The translations under genes and the position numbers were made by a program. From an uncultured Alphaproteobacteria bacterium (GTDB lineage Bacteria > Electryoneota > RPQS01), in the NCBI GenBank assembly GCA_964444755.1, contig CAYUIF010000007.1, positions 54,249 through 118,248 on the forward strand: 64,000 bases of DNA, given 5' to 3'. Positions 30,170 to 39,922 of this stretch are shown piece after piece. Each line of letters opens with the position of its first letter. Position 1 is the stretch's first letter. The notes under the pieces are model-generated. The model ran no database searches. It saw only the letters and a program-made list of their open reading frames with translations, and was not told where the DNA came from.

Positions 30170-31771
30170 ATGATGCTGAATATCGCAAACACGGATCTGC
30201 TCATTATCGGCTGCTATTTCCTAATTGTATTGGGAATCGGCCTTTATTTTTCGCGTCGCCGCAAGAATTCGACTGAATACTTCCTGGCGGGACGGCATGT
30301 CGGATGGTTCGCCATCGGAGCGTCGCTCTTTGCAACCAACATTTCCAGCGAGCATTTCATCGGTCTGGCTGGATCGGGCGCGGCGACAGGGATGGCGGTC
30401 GGTCATTTCGAGTGGTTGGCCTGTCTGATCGTTTTGATTCTGGGATGGGTGTTCGTGCCGTTCTATTTGAAAAGCGGCGTGTTCACGATGCCGGAATTCC
30501 TCGAACGCCGCTACAACAGCGCCAGCCGCTGGTATCTGACGACGGTTTCGATTCTCGGCTATGTGCTCACAAAAATTTCTGTTACGCTGTTCGCCGGAGG
30601 ACTACTGCTCCATCAAGTTCTCGGCTGGGACATGTACACGTCAGCGATCGTACTGGTCATCGCCACCGGAATCTACACGATTGCGGGTGGATTGGCAGCG
30701 GTGATCTATACCGAACTGGTGCAGATGTTCGTACTCATCGGCGGCGCGCTGGTGCTAACGATTCTCGGTATGAACGAACTGGGCGGCGTGGGAGCGCTTA
30801 AGCAATCCGTTCCTCCGGAGTTCTTCAGCATGTTTAAACCGATGAGCGATCCCGATTTTCCATGGACGGGCATCGTGTTCGGCGCGCCGATTTTGGGAAT
30901 TTGGTATTGGTGTACGGATCAGTATATCGTGCAGCGCGTGCTCAGTGCCAAGAATATCCATCATGCCCGTACCGGAACGATCTTCGCCGGATATCTCAAA
31001 ATCCTGCCGGTATTCATTATGGTCATGCCGGGAATCATCGCCCGCGCACTGTATCCCGATATTGCCGGAGATCAAGCGTATCCCGCGCTGGTGACGCGGC
31101 TGCTTCCCATCGGATTGAAGGGCGTCGTGATCGCCAGTTTGCTGGCGGCGTTGATGAGTTCACTGGCGGCGTGTTTTAACAGCAGTTCGACGCTATTTAC
31201 GATTGACATTTACAAGAAATTCCGGCCTGCTGCGAGCGAGCAGCGCTTGGTGTTAGTGGGACGATTGGCCACCGGAGTTTTGGTCGTACTGGGAATACTG
31301 TGGGTGCCATTCATCCGTTATATCTCATCGCAGATCTACATCTATCTGCAAAGCGTACAAGCCTACATTAGCCCGCCAATTGCGGCAGTGTTCTTGCTCG
31401 GCGTATTCTGGCCGCGGGCTAACGGCAAGGGCGCAATTGCTTCGCTGCTGACCGGACTGGTGTTGGGAGCGACGCGACTTATTGCCGAACTGATCCATAA
31501 GCAGTCTCCCATCGCATGGGAACCGCTGCGTTATCTGGCGGAAATCAATTTCCTGCACTTTGCCGTATTTCTCTTCATCATCTGCACGGGAGTGCTGATG
31601 CTCGTCAGTCAAATGAGCGCGGCACCGTCCATGTCACACGTACAAGGTCTGACCTACAAATATGCCGGTGACAGCCGCGGTTATATCGCAGGCAAGGCGC
31701 GACTCTTCAATCTGATTTTGTCGGGATTGCTGATTCTGACGGTAGTGGTGTTATGGATTATATTCTTCTGA
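30170..31771 (+). CDS. Sodium:solute symporter (SGLT-like sugar importer)
   Basis: EYFLAGR, SLFATNISSEHFIGLAG, WYWCTDQYIVQRVL, AALMSSL. Confidence 0.95.
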   Translation: MMLNIANTDLLIIGCYFLIVLGIGLYFSRRRKNSTEYFLAGRHVGWFAIGASLFATNISSEHFIGLAGSGAATGMAVGHFEWLACLIVLILGWVFVPFYLKSGVFTMPEFLERRYNSASRWYLTTVSILGYVLTKISVTLFAGGLLLHQVLGWDMYTSAIVLVIATGIYTIAGGLAAVIYTELVQMFVLIGGALVLTILGMNELGGVGALKQSVPPEFFSMFKPMSDPDFPWTGIVFGAPILGIWYWCTDQYIVQRVLSAKNIHHARTGTIFAGYLKILPVFIMVMPGIIARALYPDIAGDQAYPALVTRLLPIGLKGVVIASLLAALMSSLAACFNSSSTLFTIDIYKKFRPAASEQRLVLVGRLATGVLVVLGILWVPFIRYISSQIYIYLQSVQAYISPPIAAVFLLGVFWPRANGKGAIASLLTGLVLGATRLIAELIHKQSPIAWEPLRYLAEINFLHFAVFLFIICTGVLMLVSQMSAAPSMSHVQGLTYKYAGDSRGYIAGKARLFNLILSGLLILTVVVLWIIFF

Positions 31772-31790
31772 TCGGAGTGTCGTTTGCTTT

Positions 31791-32420
31791 ATGAGTTTGC
31801 TGTTTTTCATTCAGGCATTCGCCGCAATCTTTGCCATCACCGATCCGCTGGGGGCGGCGCCCATATTTGTCGGCATCACGTCGAATATGAATCGCCGCCA
31901 GCAATGGCGAGCGGCGATTCGCGCCTCGGTGTACTCGTTTTTCATCTTGGCGGTAGCCGGGCTATTCGGCAAGTTCATTCTTCATGCGTTCGGCATTTCG
32001 CTGCCCGCTTTTCAAGCGGCGGGCGGCTTGGTGATCGTAATGATGGGACTGGAGATGTTGCGCGGAACGCCGACCCGCGTGCAGCATGACGATCCCGAAC
32101 AACCGGAGAAAGACGATCCGATCATTATTCCGTTTGCCATGCCGCTGGTGGCGGGACCGGGCGCGATTACTACGGTTATAACATTGACGGCGCAGCATGA
32201 AGGCTGGGGCGATCATTTCACTACGCTATTGGCGATTGCCGCGGCGATGGCAATTCTGTTTGTTACACTGTTGTCTTCCGCATGGCTGTCGCAGCGGGTC
32301 AGTCCTCACGGACTGCGGATCGTACTGCGATTCCTGGGTTTGATTCTGTTAGCCATCGGCGCGCAATTGCTGTTATCCGGTATTCAACAATTCTTAGTTA
32401 CACCCGCATCCCACACCTAA
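31791..32420 (+). CDS. MarC family membrane protein
   Basis: AITDPLG, FQAAGG, PFAMPLVAGPGAIT, RFLGLILLAIG. Confidence 0.93.
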   Translation: MSLLFFIQAFAAIFAITDPLGAAPIFVGITSNMNRRQQWRAAIRASVYSFFILAVAGLFGKFILHAFGISLPAFQAAGGLVIVMMGLEMLRGTPTRVQHDDPEQPEKDDPIIIPFAMPLVAGPGAITTVITLTAQHEGWGDHFTTLLAIAAAMAILFVTLLSSAWLSQRVSPHGLRIVLRFLGLILLAIGAQLLLSGIQQFLVTPASHT

Positions 32421-32441
32421 GGTGGGCGAAGGAGCTTTCGC

Positions 32442-32975
32442 ATGGGGAATGCCATCCATGAGATCAAGGAACTGCTGAAATCGAAAATCAAACCGAAGGA
32501 AAAAACGATTCGGCTTTCGGAACTTCTGCAAAACGATACGCAACTGATCGCCGAAATACTCGGGAACTTCAGACACTTCACGGCTTCGGAGCAAGGCGCC
32601 TGTCTTTCGGCTTTGACCATCATTGCCCAGGACAACCCGAAATCGCTGGGAACGCATCTTGATTTCATTATCGCGCGGCTCGGCGATAAGCCTCCGCGAG
32701 TCAAATGGGAAGCCGGCGAGATCGTGGGCTATCTGGCTCGCGAGTTTCCGCAGCAAGTCACGCCGGCGATTCCGGCATTGCTGGCGAATACGCGCGAAGA
32801 CGGCACAGTGGTTCGCTGGAGCGCCGCTTTCGCCTTGACCGAAATCGCCAAATATAATTCACAATCTCACCGACAGCTCGTTCCGTTTTTCAAAAAGTCC
32901 GCCGACACGGAGACCGGCGGCGTAAAAACACTCTATGTGAAAGCTTTGAAGCAGCTGGCAAAAGCAGCCGGGTAA
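32442..32975 (+). CDS. HEAT-repeat protein
   Basis: Helical repeats PRVKWEAGEIVG and TVVRWSAAFAL. Confidence 0.7.
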   Translation: MGNAIHEIKELLKSKIKPKEKTIRLSELLQNDTQLIAEILGNFRHFTASEQGACLSALTIIAQDNPKSLGTHLDFIIARLGDKPPRVKWEAGEIVGYLAREFPQQVTPAIPALLANTREDGTVVRWSAAFALTEIAKYNSQSHRQLVPFFKKSADTETGGVKTLYVKALKQLAKAAG

Positions 32976-34924
32976 TGCCGTCAGCCAAGGGGGTTATCGT
33001 GCGTACCAAGACGTGGATCATGGCAGCATGTACGCTGCTGGGACTGACCGGAGGTATGAAACTGTGGCAATCAATGCGGGAGTCGCGAGATGTAGCGTCA
33101 GCCGAACGTGAAGAACGCCGTCACTCTGAAGAAACGGAGATGCCGATACGAATTTCCGATGCACCGGAGCGTTGGCTGCCCACTTCGTGGAATCGTTTGG
33201 ACGAAGTCGGAACCAATCGGCGGTGCAATCAAGATGTATTTTCGCAATGGCAAAACGAAACGCCGTGCGCAGCCAGTCCAGCCGATCCGGACGTTATTAT
33301 CGTCGGCGCTAACGATTTTTCGACGGGAAGCGTGATGGCTTCGTACTATCGAACCAGCGACGGGGGCCATTCGTGGCAGCATGCGTTCTCCGGACTCGGC
33401 CCGATCGGCAATGAATGCAGTTTTGCCGGGGATCCTTCCATCGCCGCCGATGCCACCGGAAGATTCTATGCGGTATTTTGCACATACGACTGCGAGTGGG
33501 GGCAGGGTATCTATTGCCAAACGTCCCGAGATAACGGTTGCTCGTGGGATAATCCGGTTTCCGTCGGGATTACCGGACCGGGCTATGTCGAAATTGACAA
33601 ACCGATGGTCGTGTGCGACTACGGTCCGGGATCCAGCTACGCTAATAATTGTTATGTTGTCTGGATGCAGATCATCGACGGCATGAGCGTTTACTTCTCC
33701 CGTTCAACCAACAACGGGAGATCTTTTTCAACACCGCTTCGGATATCATCTCAAAACAACTGCTGGTGTCCGAGCCTGGCCGTCGGTCCGGAAGGCCAGG
33801 TCTATGCGGCTTGGATTGGAATTGATCTGCGCAGCATTTTCTGCGACCGGTCTGTGAACGGCGGATTATCGTGGGGCAATGACATTCGGGTCACCACCTT
33901 TGCCGACAGCGTTTGGCCTGACAATCCCTGCGGAGAATTTCGAATCACTCATTATCCCGTGATTGCCTGCGACATTTCCGACAGCGACTATCGCGGTCAT
34001 ATTTATCTGTGCTGGGACATGAAAGACAACGCCGACGATGGCAATATCTATTTTTGCCGATCTACGAACGGCGGGCAAACGTGGTCGGACACCGCGCGAG
34101 TCAATGATGATGGAACCGTCCGCATGCAATGGTGGCCGTGGATCGCCGTCCATCCCCGAACCGGCGATATCGGTATTTCGTGGCTCGACCGGCGCGAGGA
34201 TCCCAACAATTGCAATTATTCCGTGTACGGCACCATCTCTACCGATGGCGGTGCAAGCTGGCTGCCGAATATGCGGATTTCCGACCAAATTCTTGATCCG
34301 TCCCGCAGCACTTTTTTAGGGGACTATACCGGCATAACCTATTCTAATCTCGGATTTGTCAGCGCGTGGACCGACACCCGTAACGACGAATGCGATGCCT
34401 ATGCCGCATGGTGGAATAACGGGGATCAATTAGCGATTCAATATCCCAACGGCGGCGAAATGTGGGGTACACAAGAAGCCTGCAGCGTGACCTGGACTTA
34501 CCGCTATGCTCCGGACACGCTGGATATTGAACTCAATCGCGACTACCCGAACGGGACATGGGAAAGGTTAGGAACCTTCCCCAGCGCCGCCGGTCAATGG
34601 ATTGGTGCTATTACCAGTGTGTGGTCCCCCACCGCACGAGTACGCATTATCGGCAATAACATACCGACAGTGGGAGATACTTCCGACGGCGATTTTTCGG
34701 TCGGTCCAATCGTACGGGGGGTTGTCGCTTCGCGGATCCGAAATGATATTCGCATCGGATGGTATAATTCCGGTGCTGCTTTCTACCGGATTTACAGTTC
34801 CCCAAGCTGCTGCGAATTCTTCACAACTCTGGAAGGCAGCACCAGCGACACGGTCTTTGTGGATTTTGGTGCGGTGTCTGAACCAGCCAAGTTTTACATC
34901 GTTCGCGCTTCAACACGACCATAA
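32975..34924 (+). CDS. Exported sialidase-like (BNR) propeller + PNGGE Ig-like domain + non-type-A C-terminal domain; start may be GTG 32999
   Basis: Asp-boxes TSDGGHSW, SRDNGCSW, STNNGRSF, SVNGGLSW, STNGGQTW, STDGGASW; FLGDY; YPNGGE; 67-aa tail ending KFYIVRASTRP. Confidence 0.82.
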   Translation: MPSAKGVIVRTKTWIMAACTLLGLTGGMKLWQSMRESRDVASAEREERRHSEETEMPIRISDAPERWLPTSWNRLDEVGTNRRCNQDVFSQWQNETPCAASPADPDVIIVGANDFSTGSVMASYYRTSDGGHSWQHAFSGLGPIGNECSFAGDPSIAADATGRFYAVFCTYDCEWGQGIYCQTSRDNGCSWDNPVSVGITGPGYVEIDKPMVVCDYGPGSSYANNCYVVWMQIIDGMSVYFSRSTNNGRSFSTPLRISSQNNCWCPSLAVGPEGQVYAAWIGIDLRSIFCDRSVNGGLSWGNDIRVTTFADSVWPDNPCGEFRITHYPVIACDISDSDYRGHIYLCWDMKDNADDGNIYFCRSTNGGQTWSDTARVNDDGTVRMQWWPWIAVHPRTGDIGISWLDRREDPNNCNYSVYGTISTDGGASWLPNMRISDQILDPSRSTFLGDYTGITYSNLGFVSAWTDTRNDECDAYAAWWNNGDQLAIQYPNGGEMWGTQEACSVTWTYRYAPDTLDIELNRDYPNGTWERLGTFPSAAGQWIGAITSVWSPTARVRIIGNNIPTVGDTSDGDFSVGPIVRGVVASRIRNDIRIGWYNSGAAFYRIYSSPSCCEFFTTLEGSTSDTVFVDFGAVSEPAKFYIVRASTRP

Positions 34925-34981
34925 ACCGGACACTATTTACCGTTCAGTAAGTGGACCAACTCCCGAATCATCCAGAATATT

Positions 34982-35015
34982 CAACAAAAGCCCCGGCACT
35001 GCGGGGTTTTTGTTG
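34982..35015 (+). terminator. Probable intrinsic terminator
   Basis: CAACAAAAGCCCC...GGGGTTTTTGTTG. Confidence 0.65.
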
Positions 35016-35106
35016 GTCATTCAACCTAAATGACCCTAACCGGAAGTGCGAAATCTCTGGCATATGTTTTGTACTTTAAAGTCTGAAATCTATTGCCACG
35101 AGACAG

Positions 35107-36108
35107 ATGATGTCGCGAATCCGAATTCTGACCGTTGAAGACGATACCCCCACCGCCACCCTGATCTACCGCTATCTGGACGATTTGGGGTATGACTGTG
35201 TGGGGATTGTTGCTTCCGGTGAAGAGGCGGTGATCGCCACAAGGGAAACGCAGCCAGACCTGATCCTGATGGATATCATGCTATCGGGAACGATGGATGG
35301 AATTGCGGCGGCCAAAGAAATCGAATTGCGATACGATATCCCCATCGTCTTCCTGACGGCACATGCCGATCATAATACGGTGGGACGCGCTAAACTGTCC
35401 AAAACTCACGGATACATTGTCAAACCGTTCGAGGAAAATTCGCTGCGGGCGGGAGTCGAGCTGGCATTATATCGCCACGCCATCGAAGGCGAATTGGTTC
35501 GACAACATAAGCGGCTGGATGCCACCCTGAACGGGATAGACGATTGCATAATGATCGCCGATGCCGCCGGGTCGTTGGTCTATATCAATCAAGCCGCCGC
35601 CGAATGTACCGGACTATCACCGGAAGCCGCCGAAGGTCAGCCGCTCAACGACATCATCGAATTTATCTATCGCAACGGGGGTGAACAAGTCATTAATCCG
35701 GTAGCCGAGGCATTCCTATCCGCAACTGAAAAAAAATCTCTTAAACACTATATTATGAAGACCGCCGGGGGCACGTTGGAGCATGTAGAAATGGCATCAC
35801 TGGCGTTGCGAGTGAACAACGGAATGTTATTGGGGGTTGCTCTGATCTTTCGTTTGATGCGCACCGATCTGCCCGGCGAACTTGAAGAACGAGTTCGCGA
35901 AGTCTATGGCACGGTATTCAACAATATTCAGAGTCTGGGCGGAGCCGTGGCGATCTGCGCATGGTGCAAGAAGATTAAAGACAGTTCGGGTAAATGGATT
36001 CCCGCCGACCCGTTTCTGCTGCGTTATGCCGGCCGGTGGATTACTCACGGCATTTGTCCGGAGTGCGAAGAACGGGTGATGATGGGTGAAACCGCATTGG
36101 AATCATAG
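35107..36108 (+). CDS. Response regulator: receiver + PAS + C-terminal Cys/His domain
   Basis: VEDD, ILMDIML, FLTA, VKPF receiver motifs; PAS (YINQAAAECTG); CAWCKKIKD...W...THGICPEC. Confidence 0.9.
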   Translation: MMSRIRILTVEDDTPTATLIYRYLDDLGYDCVGIVASGEEAVIATRETQPDLILMDIMLSGTMDGIAAAKEIELRYDIPIVFLTAHADHNTVGRAKLSKTHGYIVKPFEENSLRAGVELALYRHAIEGELVRQHKRLDATLNGIDDCIMIADAAGSLVYINQAAAECTGLSPEAAEGQPLNDIIEFIYRNGGEQVINPVAEAFLSATEKKSLKHYIMKTAGGTLEHVEMASLALRVNNGMLLGVALIFRLMRTDLPGELEERVREVYGTVFNNIQSLGGAVAICAWCKKIKDSSGKWIPADPFLLRYAGRWITHGICPECEERVMMGETALES

Positions 36109-36129
36109 CACATTTCAAAATCAGAAATA

Positions 36130-36162
36130 AAAAAGCGGAGCGTTTCAACGCTCCGCTTTTTC
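36130..36162. terminator. Bidirectional intrinsic terminator
   Basis: AAAAAGCGGAGCGTT/AACGCTCCGCTTTTT between convergent genes. Confidence 0.9.
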
Positions 36163-36178
36163 TTTTATCTTGAATTCG

Positions 36179-38092
36179 CTACTTACCCGCGTTGCTTTCA
36201 GCGATCCTTTGGTTCACGTAGTCGAGGATTTTCGGAATCTGCGCATCCGCCGTATCCAATTCAGCGGCATATTCCAACAACTCGCGGCCCTTATCGAGAC
36301 GGCCCTTGTCCAAGTAGCTTTGGGCCAGATAGACCAATTGGTAGGCATAATCCGGCACTTTGGCGGCCGCTTTTCGAACCAACGGCTCGGCCTCGTCCAA
36401 CCGCCCGGCCAACCGTAAAGCAACGGCATAGTTCAGTTCATAACGGATATTCCCGCTGACATCCGCCGCAGTCTTCCAGGCACGTATGCGATTTTCGAGA
36501 TCACCCACCGACTCGTAGTAGATTGCGATATTCTCCCAGCCGTAAGCCGAGCGTGAACGATCCAGATGCAGCAGCGTTTCATAGCGCTGCAGCGCCGGAC
36601 GAAGGAAAACCTGACCCAAGATATAGGGCACGGGAATCAATAGGACGAAACCCAACATCGCCGATAGAACAACATTGCGCGACGTTCCGAAATCGGCATG
36701 CGCCAACCGCCATGCTCCCCACAAAACCGTCGGCCACAAAGCCATGGCCAGTAAGTCCCAATCCCGGGCCATTCCCAAGTTGGGATTAAAGATCGCGACG
36801 AATGCCAAACCGCCCGTTGCGGCAACGGTCAGAAAACCGGATTGGACGTGCTCATAGATATTGCCGGATTTCGTGGGTCGTATCGTAAACAAGATGAGCG
36901 CAACCGGCAACAGAATCAAGACCGCCAAGTTGATCAAGTCAACGGCATGGGCCGTCGTTAGAACGGCGTAGCCGTCTTTGGACCAGTGCGGAAGGAGCGG
37001 CATGATCGAAACCCAGCCCTTCCACCCTTTCACGAAAATGTATCCACCGATACCGGCAATGGCTGATCCTGCCAAAATCCAGACCATGCGCTGGCGGGGA
37101 GCCGTTACGCGCTGTTCAGCTTCATCCGCCGCTTGAAAATGCAGATTATACAGCAAGTAGAGCAAAGCCGGCAATAGGATAAAATTCGACAGATGGAATC
37201 CGACCGCCAATCCGAAGGTGATAACGGATTTGACGGGAAATCGCCGCGGCGGAAAGGCATCGTCCAAACCGGCGATGAGAAAGGCCAGCATCGCCAGTGA
37301 CGCCCACGAGTAATTCTCGATATAACCGAAGAAGAGCAACATTCCGCTGCCGGTCAGAAGCGGAATTAAAAACTGGGCGCGGGATTCGGCAGGGAGGCGT
37401 CGCCGGGCAAACTGTAACGCCATAAAAACGAAGAGCGCACCGGCGGCAATCGAAAGATACGAATAGGTATTATACGCCACGCGTGTGAACCATTGATCAC
37501 GCCGCATATGCAGTTCTTTCGCCTGAGCGGCGGAGGTCGCCGGTGGATCAGGATTACGCATGGCCGCAGCGGCACGAAAGATCAACTCGTGCACACCCAG
37601 CTCAAGCGGTTCCTTGCGCATGAGAAAACGGGTTCCCGGAACATGCTGACCGCGCGCTTCGAACTGACCGATCCAGGCCAGCTCCTTAACCCAGAGCGGC
37701 CCGTCTCCCAAGAGCGGAACGGGGACTCGCAATAAAAGGAACACAATCGCTACAGCAATCGCCCACCAGACCGCCGAGCGGCTGATCAAGGGGCGCAATT
37801 GCACGGATAGTTTCGTAATCGTTCGCGAACCGACCGGCGTCCACAACAACAGGGCTGCAACCACTAAAGGAATACTTACCCATGCCGGCAGAAACGCCGG
37901 ATGATGGAATCCCCACACCCGCAAGTTGGGGAATACCCAAGCGATTATCACGGCCGCCGCCAGGACGAATCCGCCGATCCGCAATACAAGGAGCAGCCGC
38001 TGCGAATCGGCCGGATGGAGTGCCGCCGCAGGACGGACCGGTTTTATTTTAGCCGGGGAAATTACGGTGTGCTGTTTACGCTTCTTCGACAT
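36179..38092 (-). CDS. Multi-TM GT-C-like membrane protein with C-terminal TPRs
   Basis: About 11-12 TM segments, LLGDG and YIENYS acidic loops, RDWDL motif, terminal TPR helices. Confidence 0.65.
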   Translation of the reverse strand: MSKKRKQHTVISPAKIKPVRPAAALHPADSQRLLLVLRIGGFVLAAAVIIAWVFPNLRVWGFHHPAFLPAWVSIPLVVAALLLWTPVGSRTITKLSVQLRPLISRSAVWWAIAVAIVFLLLRVPVPLLGDGPLWVKELAWIGQFEARGQHVPGTRFLMRKEPLELGVHELIFRAAAAMRNPDPPATSAAQAKELHMRRDQWFTRVAYNTYSYLSIAAGALFVFMALQFARRRLPAESRAQFLIPLLTGSGMLLFFGYIENYSWASLAMLAFLIAGLDDAFPPRRFPVKSVITFGLAVGFHLSNFILLPALLYLLYNLHFQAADEAEQRVTAPRQRMVWILAGSAIAGIGGYIFVKGWKGWVSIMPLLPHWSKDGYAVLTTAHAVDLINLAVLILLPVALILFTIRPTKSGNIYEHVQSGFLTVAATGGLAFVAIFNPNLGMARDWDLLAMALWPTVLWGAWRLAHADFGTSRNVVLSAMLGFVLLIPVPYILGQVFLRPALQRYETLLHLDRSRSAYGWENIAIYYESVGDLENRIRAWKTAADVSGNIRYELNYAVALRLAGRLDEAEPLVRKAAAKVPDYAYQLVYLAQSYLDKGRLDKGRELLEYAAELDTADAQIPKILDYVNQRIAESNAGK

Positions 38093-39860
38093 TCACCGGT
38101 TCCGTGATTGCAGCATTGACATTCGGATCGTTAATATTTTTTCGGGCAGCCGGTTTGCTTGTGTAATCATTGATCAGCGTGTAAATCAGGAAATGTCCGA
38201 AGGCAATCGTATAAAAGAAACACCAGAATAATACGATCCAGGCCACCGGGCTGACGACGCGGTTGACAATCGAATGAAATAATGTCGAACCTACCACCAG
38301 TAATGCCAGGAAGATATATGTCTGCGGTCTCCGCCATGCGACGATTCCGCTTACGTTCAATGATTTCGGCGTAACATCGAATTTCGGAACCTTGCCCAGA
38401 AATCCGCGTACAACCGCCACCAAGTACACCGGCACGGTGTTGGCGAGAATCCCTTGAACCATCAGCATATTGCGCAACGAATAGCCCCGCAATTTCATGT
38501 GAATAAACGGGAACATCATGATCGCAACATAGAGCGGGTAGACAGACAGATACACCCACTCCAGCGGCCGTAATTGATAGTTAGCGACCAGCCCTTGACC
38601 GGTGCCGTATCTTACCGCCAACAACAACAAAATCGGCAGCGTCGCGAGCACGCCTAAAATTACCGTCATTGTATAGAATCCGGATGACCAGAGATACTCG
38701 ATCGCCACTTTTGCTGATGGCCGCTTATTCGGTTTACCGGTAAAAATCGAGCTAAGGACTTCCAGCAAAACGGTCGTTCCACCGATGGCCCAGCGGCGGT
38801 GTTGTTTCCAATAAGCGTATAAGGTCATCGGACCAACGCCGATGGCATAGGCGTGTCGAACGTACAACGAGCGCCAACCCCGGCAATGCATACGAAATGA
38901 AGTAGCCATATCTTCGGAAATGGAGCGTTCATCCCAGCCACCGACCTCATCTAAAGCACTCCAACGCATAACAAAGTTCGTACCACAGCACGTCGCCAAT
39001 TCAACCGAGCCTTTTCCCTCCAGAATCGTATCGTAATGCAGCGTTTCCTGCTGGGCCGCGGCGCGGCACACCAACGTCGAATCGGTGTTTTCATAAAGCT
39101 GCGCGGTTTGGACAAAGGCCAAGCCTTCATCCGCCTGCAGCAACGGGACAGTTCGCTCCAAAAACTCGGGTGCGACTTCCTGATCCGCGTCTAACACGGC
39201 CAGTAATTGCGGAGCCGGATTCAGCAACTTCATCGCATCGTTCAACGCCCGACCTTTGTTGCCGCGATTTCGGATGTGCATGATGTTTACGCCAAACTGC
39301 TTGCAGATCCGTTCCGCCTGTTTTTTGCTCTCCGGTTTGCGTGAATTTTCAGCCACCCATACTATCAGATTCGGGTAACGCAGCCGGCTGGCGCTGGCCA
39401 CGCTGCGTTGCAGAATATCGGGGTCCTCATCGCAGGCGGCAATCATAACGACGACTGACGGTGCCGGATTTTGCAGCGGGGGCACTTCGGGCAGGCGATA
39501 ACGCACGATTCCCCGCCAGCACTGAGTAAGAAAATGCGACCACTGAAAGAGAATCGTCAGTTCTCCAACGACGAGGATCAGCAATCCAACGGCGTGCGCC
39601 AAGTCGTGCCAACTGGAAAACACCTGCGCCGGGTTGGACAATTTCGTCGCCGCATATTTGAAAAACGGCCACCGCAGCGATTGAACAAAAATGAAAACTC
39701 CGAAAATCACACCGAACCAAAGCCCCACTGTTCGTCGCAGCGCCGCCGGACGGCGAAATTCTCTGAACGTCTCATTGATGCGGCTTTTACCGCGATAGAA
39801 AACGCCGATTAACAACGTAAAAGTCAGCAAAACGGTCAGCGGGAAAACGGAGTAGAGCAC
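38076..39860 (-). CDS. Processive GT2 glycosyltransferase, cellulose synthase-like, without PilZ
   Basis: D, DAD (LDADQ), SED and QHRRW (QxxRW) motifs; FVQTAQ, CCGTNF, VTPK; flanking TM helices. Confidence 0.9.
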   Translation of the reverse strand: MLYSVFPLTVLLTFTLLIGVFYRGKSRINETFREFRRPAALRRTVGLWFGVIFGVFIFVQSLRWPFFKYAATKLSNPAQVFSSWHDLAHAVGLLILVVGELTILFQWSHFLTQCWRGIVRYRLPEVPPLQNPAPSVVVMIAACDEDPDILQRSVASASRLRYPNLIVWVAENSRKPESKKQAERICKQFGVNIMHIRNRGNKGRALNDAMKLLNPAPQLLAVLDADQEVAPEFLERTVPLLQADEGLAFVQTAQLYENTDSTLVCRAAAQQETLHYDTILEGKGSVELATCCGTNFVMRWSALDEVGGWDERSISEDMATSFRMHCRGWRSLYVRHAYAIGVGPMTLYAYWKQHRRWAIGGTTVLLEVLSSIFTGKPNKRPSAKVAIEYLWSSGFYTMTVILGVLATLPILLLLAVRYGTGQGLVANYQLRPLEWVYLSVYPLYVAIMMFPFIHMKLRGYSLRNMLMVQGILANTVPVYLVAVVRGFLGKVPKFDVTPKSLNVSGIVAWRRPQTYIFLALLVVGSTLFHSIVNRVVSPVAWIVLFWCFFYTIAFGHFLIYTLINDYTSKPAARKNINDPNVNAAITEPVNVEEA

Positions 39861-39922
39861 GCCAAATCTCGCAGCTTATAGACTTGAAGGGACAACGGGG
39901 AAGGTTCAATATACGGTATTAT

